DNA of 64,000 nt from the human T2T-CHM13v2.0 reference genome, Homo sapiens. Under the pieces are notes generated by a model. The model saw only the letters and a program-made list of their open reading frames with translations, was not told the DNA's origin and did not search any database. The stretch lies in NCBI RefSeq assembly GCF_009914755.1, contig NC_060930.1. The stretch is one strand, 5' to 3'. Below are positions 61,241-64,000 of this stretch, in pieces (position 1 is the stretch's first letter; each line of letters begins with the position of its first letter). The position numbers and the translations under genes are program-made.

Positions 61241-61824
61241 GAGGCTGTAACTGCCTGGGAAACGCCAGCCACGGAGCTGCTGAGGATCAGACTCCTGGGT
61301 TTCAGCATGGAGGCCAGGGAAGGGTCTGATAATGGGTATGGGTCCTGGCGAGAGGGGAGTGGAGAAAGGCCTTGGAGTGGGACGGGGCGCCAGCTCTGGG
61401 GGCAGTCTCGAGGCACCTAGAAAACCGGCGAGTGGGGAGAGGCTGCTAAAGAGGGGCTCCCTGCGAGAATGCGTTCACCAGCTGTGAGGACCTGGCTGGC
61501 GCACGAACTTCCAAAGACCTCACATCTGGTTGGTGTAGGGGCGACCAGTGGTAAGGGGGCTGCGGAAAGGGCCCGCAGGGGCTGTGCGTGATGCCTTCAG
61601 AGCTGTGTATGACACCGAGAGAGTCAGGGGCGGTGACCCGCGTCTGGAGGTGGAAGGGGAAGTGAGTGAGGGATGGATGTGAGGTTTAGGAATGTGTTGG
61701 AAAGAGAGATTCCCGCCAGGTAAAAGGTCTGATAAAATAGGTTTGGAAATCTAGGTGGTGAGGAAAGGATGCGGGAGCAGGTGGCTCTGCGTGCGCGCTG
61801 CGTGTTCAGCCGCCAGGCTCTTAC

Positions 61825-61830
61825 CTGCAT
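61825..61830 (-). CDS. ETV7: ETV7 exon 1 coding part (ATG CAG, MQ); 5' UTR extends to about 62080
   Basis: ATGCAG|gtaaga; total spliced CDS is 1026 nt = 341 aa, matching recalled ETV7 length. Confidence 0.9.
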
Positions 61831-62052
61831 TACAGGTGGAGGTGAGGAAGCCACCGGCTTTCTGTCTTGAGCGCTCCCCTGGCCGTGGCTGCTGGGGCCC
61901 TAGGCCCGCGCCCCGCAGTCCTCCTCCGCCAAACCCCTAACCTGGCTCCGAGAACTGGAAGGTCGCGTGGGAGGAAATCTCTTTCGAGAAGCGCCAAGGC
62001 GTGTGCCCTCCGCAGGCGGGCAGGCGCGCGAGGCGCTCCGGTAATCGCTATC

Positions 62053-62074
62053 CTTCCGGGAAACGAAAACGAAA
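62053..62074 (+). promoter_or_regulatory. Composite GAS + ISRE/IRF + ETS element at ETV7 TSS
   Basis: TTCCGGGAA (62054-62062), GAAAACGAAA (62065-62074), CCGGAAG on minus strand (62059-62053). Confidence 0.8.
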
Positions 62075-62105
62075 GAGCGGGATGCGGTTCCACTTGCGCC
62101 GCTGC

Positions 62106-62136
62106 GGGCTAGGGGCAGGGCAGGGCAGGGCAGGGG
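62106..62136 (+). repeat. (GGGCA)n G-quadruplex-capable tract upstream of ETV7 TSS
   Basis: Six G3+ runs with 2-3 nt loops. Confidence 0.75.
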
Positions 62137-62699
62137 CCGGCCCCGTGGGAGCGCAGCCCCGGGGCGCTGCCCGCTCGCTAGCCTGGGAGGCGTGGGTCCT
62201 GCACACAGCCTCCAGCCGGCGGACAGTCCCTCTGGCGACCTGGCCTTGGCTCCCACTGGGGCAGAGCCGGGATTCTGCAGGATCTGAGGATCTAAGGGGA
62301 CCCCTAGTCCTGAACTCGGAACCAACTGCGTCTCTCACGGTCCCGAGCCCAGGACCAGGAAGGACCCTGTGAGTCTCCGCACATAGGATAGGAAGGGGCC
62401 TCGCATGGTGCCTCTCCCTTTAGGGGTGAGTGACCTTCCCGGCCCCGATACTGTCTCGGCCTGCCGTTTGGCCCCGCTGAGGCCCCACAGGTCCGGAACC
62501 GTCGCGCCACCATCAGAGCGGCTGTGCTCTCCTGAGCAGGGCCAGACTACTCGGAGATCCCGACTGACACCTTTTCCTGGGCCTCTGGGTGCTCCGGGGT
62601 TGGTGCCTGCCCACCCATCACCCTTTCCATCTGTCTCAGCTCCCCCTGTCTCAAGAGAGGTTGTGCGCATAAAAACAAACCAGAAGACACCGAAGAAAA

Positions 62700-63800
<1,101 letters not shown>

Positions 63801-64000
63801 CATAGTGGATAATAATCTAGACTTAGGAACACCTGCCTGGTTTGGAATCCCAGCCATGTCATTTTACTGGCTGTGTGCCCTTGAGCAAGTTTGTGTTAAC
63901 CACTCTACTGCCTCCCTCTACTAACTACTGCCTCAATTTTTTAACAGTAAAAAAGAGCAAATAATAATACCTATCCCATAAGGTTATGAATAAGTAAGTT

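Larger units (their letters stand above)
61770..62560. promoter_or_regulatory. CpG island / ETV7 promoter
   Basis: High GC and dense CpG around ETV7 exon 1, unlike the CpG-depleted flanks. Confidence 0.85.

Noticed and set aside
60920-61420. 166-aa plus-strand ORF in ETV7 intron 1
   Set aside because: Non-ATG start, no domain signal; at most part of an antisense non-coding transcript

Overview
Human (primate) genomic DNA, recognised from the encoded proteins as the BNIP5 (C6orf222)-ETV7 locus (6p21.31 from recalled knowledge). Both genes are on the minus strand. ETV7 (TEL2; PNT/SAM + ETS repressor) is complete: eight coding exons (61825-61830, 59823-59958, 50159-50323, 47740-47865, 45617-45847, 43216-43358, 41162-41262, 40932-41049) with GT-AG junctions sum to 1026 nt = 341 aa + stop. 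Its CpG-island promoter carries an overlapping GAS/ISRE/ETS element. The 5' part of BNIP5 is present: a candidate TATA-driven non-coding exon 1 near 11.0-11.2 kb and coding exons 4371-4980, 2888-3004, 1320-1384 (BH3-like) and 800-1043; the gene runs off the left edge. The rest is repeat-rich (about 35 Alus, old L1/L2/MIR, MaLR and ERV1 solo LTRs, a solo LTR12C with TSD, MER DNA transposons). Most notable observations: an in-phase L1-derived alternative last exon for ETV7; a sense LTR12C that appears to have lost its poly(A) signal and gained a donor-like site; BNIP5 exon-module duplication with RFX X-boxes at matching intron positions; a multi-template DNA repair scar at 13.3 kb; GGAA microsatellites; tandem GAS sites; a CTCF site. 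No prokaryotic-type systems, tRNA, rRNA or CRISPR arrays were seen. Repeat subfamily names come from recalled consensus sequences and need RepeatMasker/Dfam confirmation.
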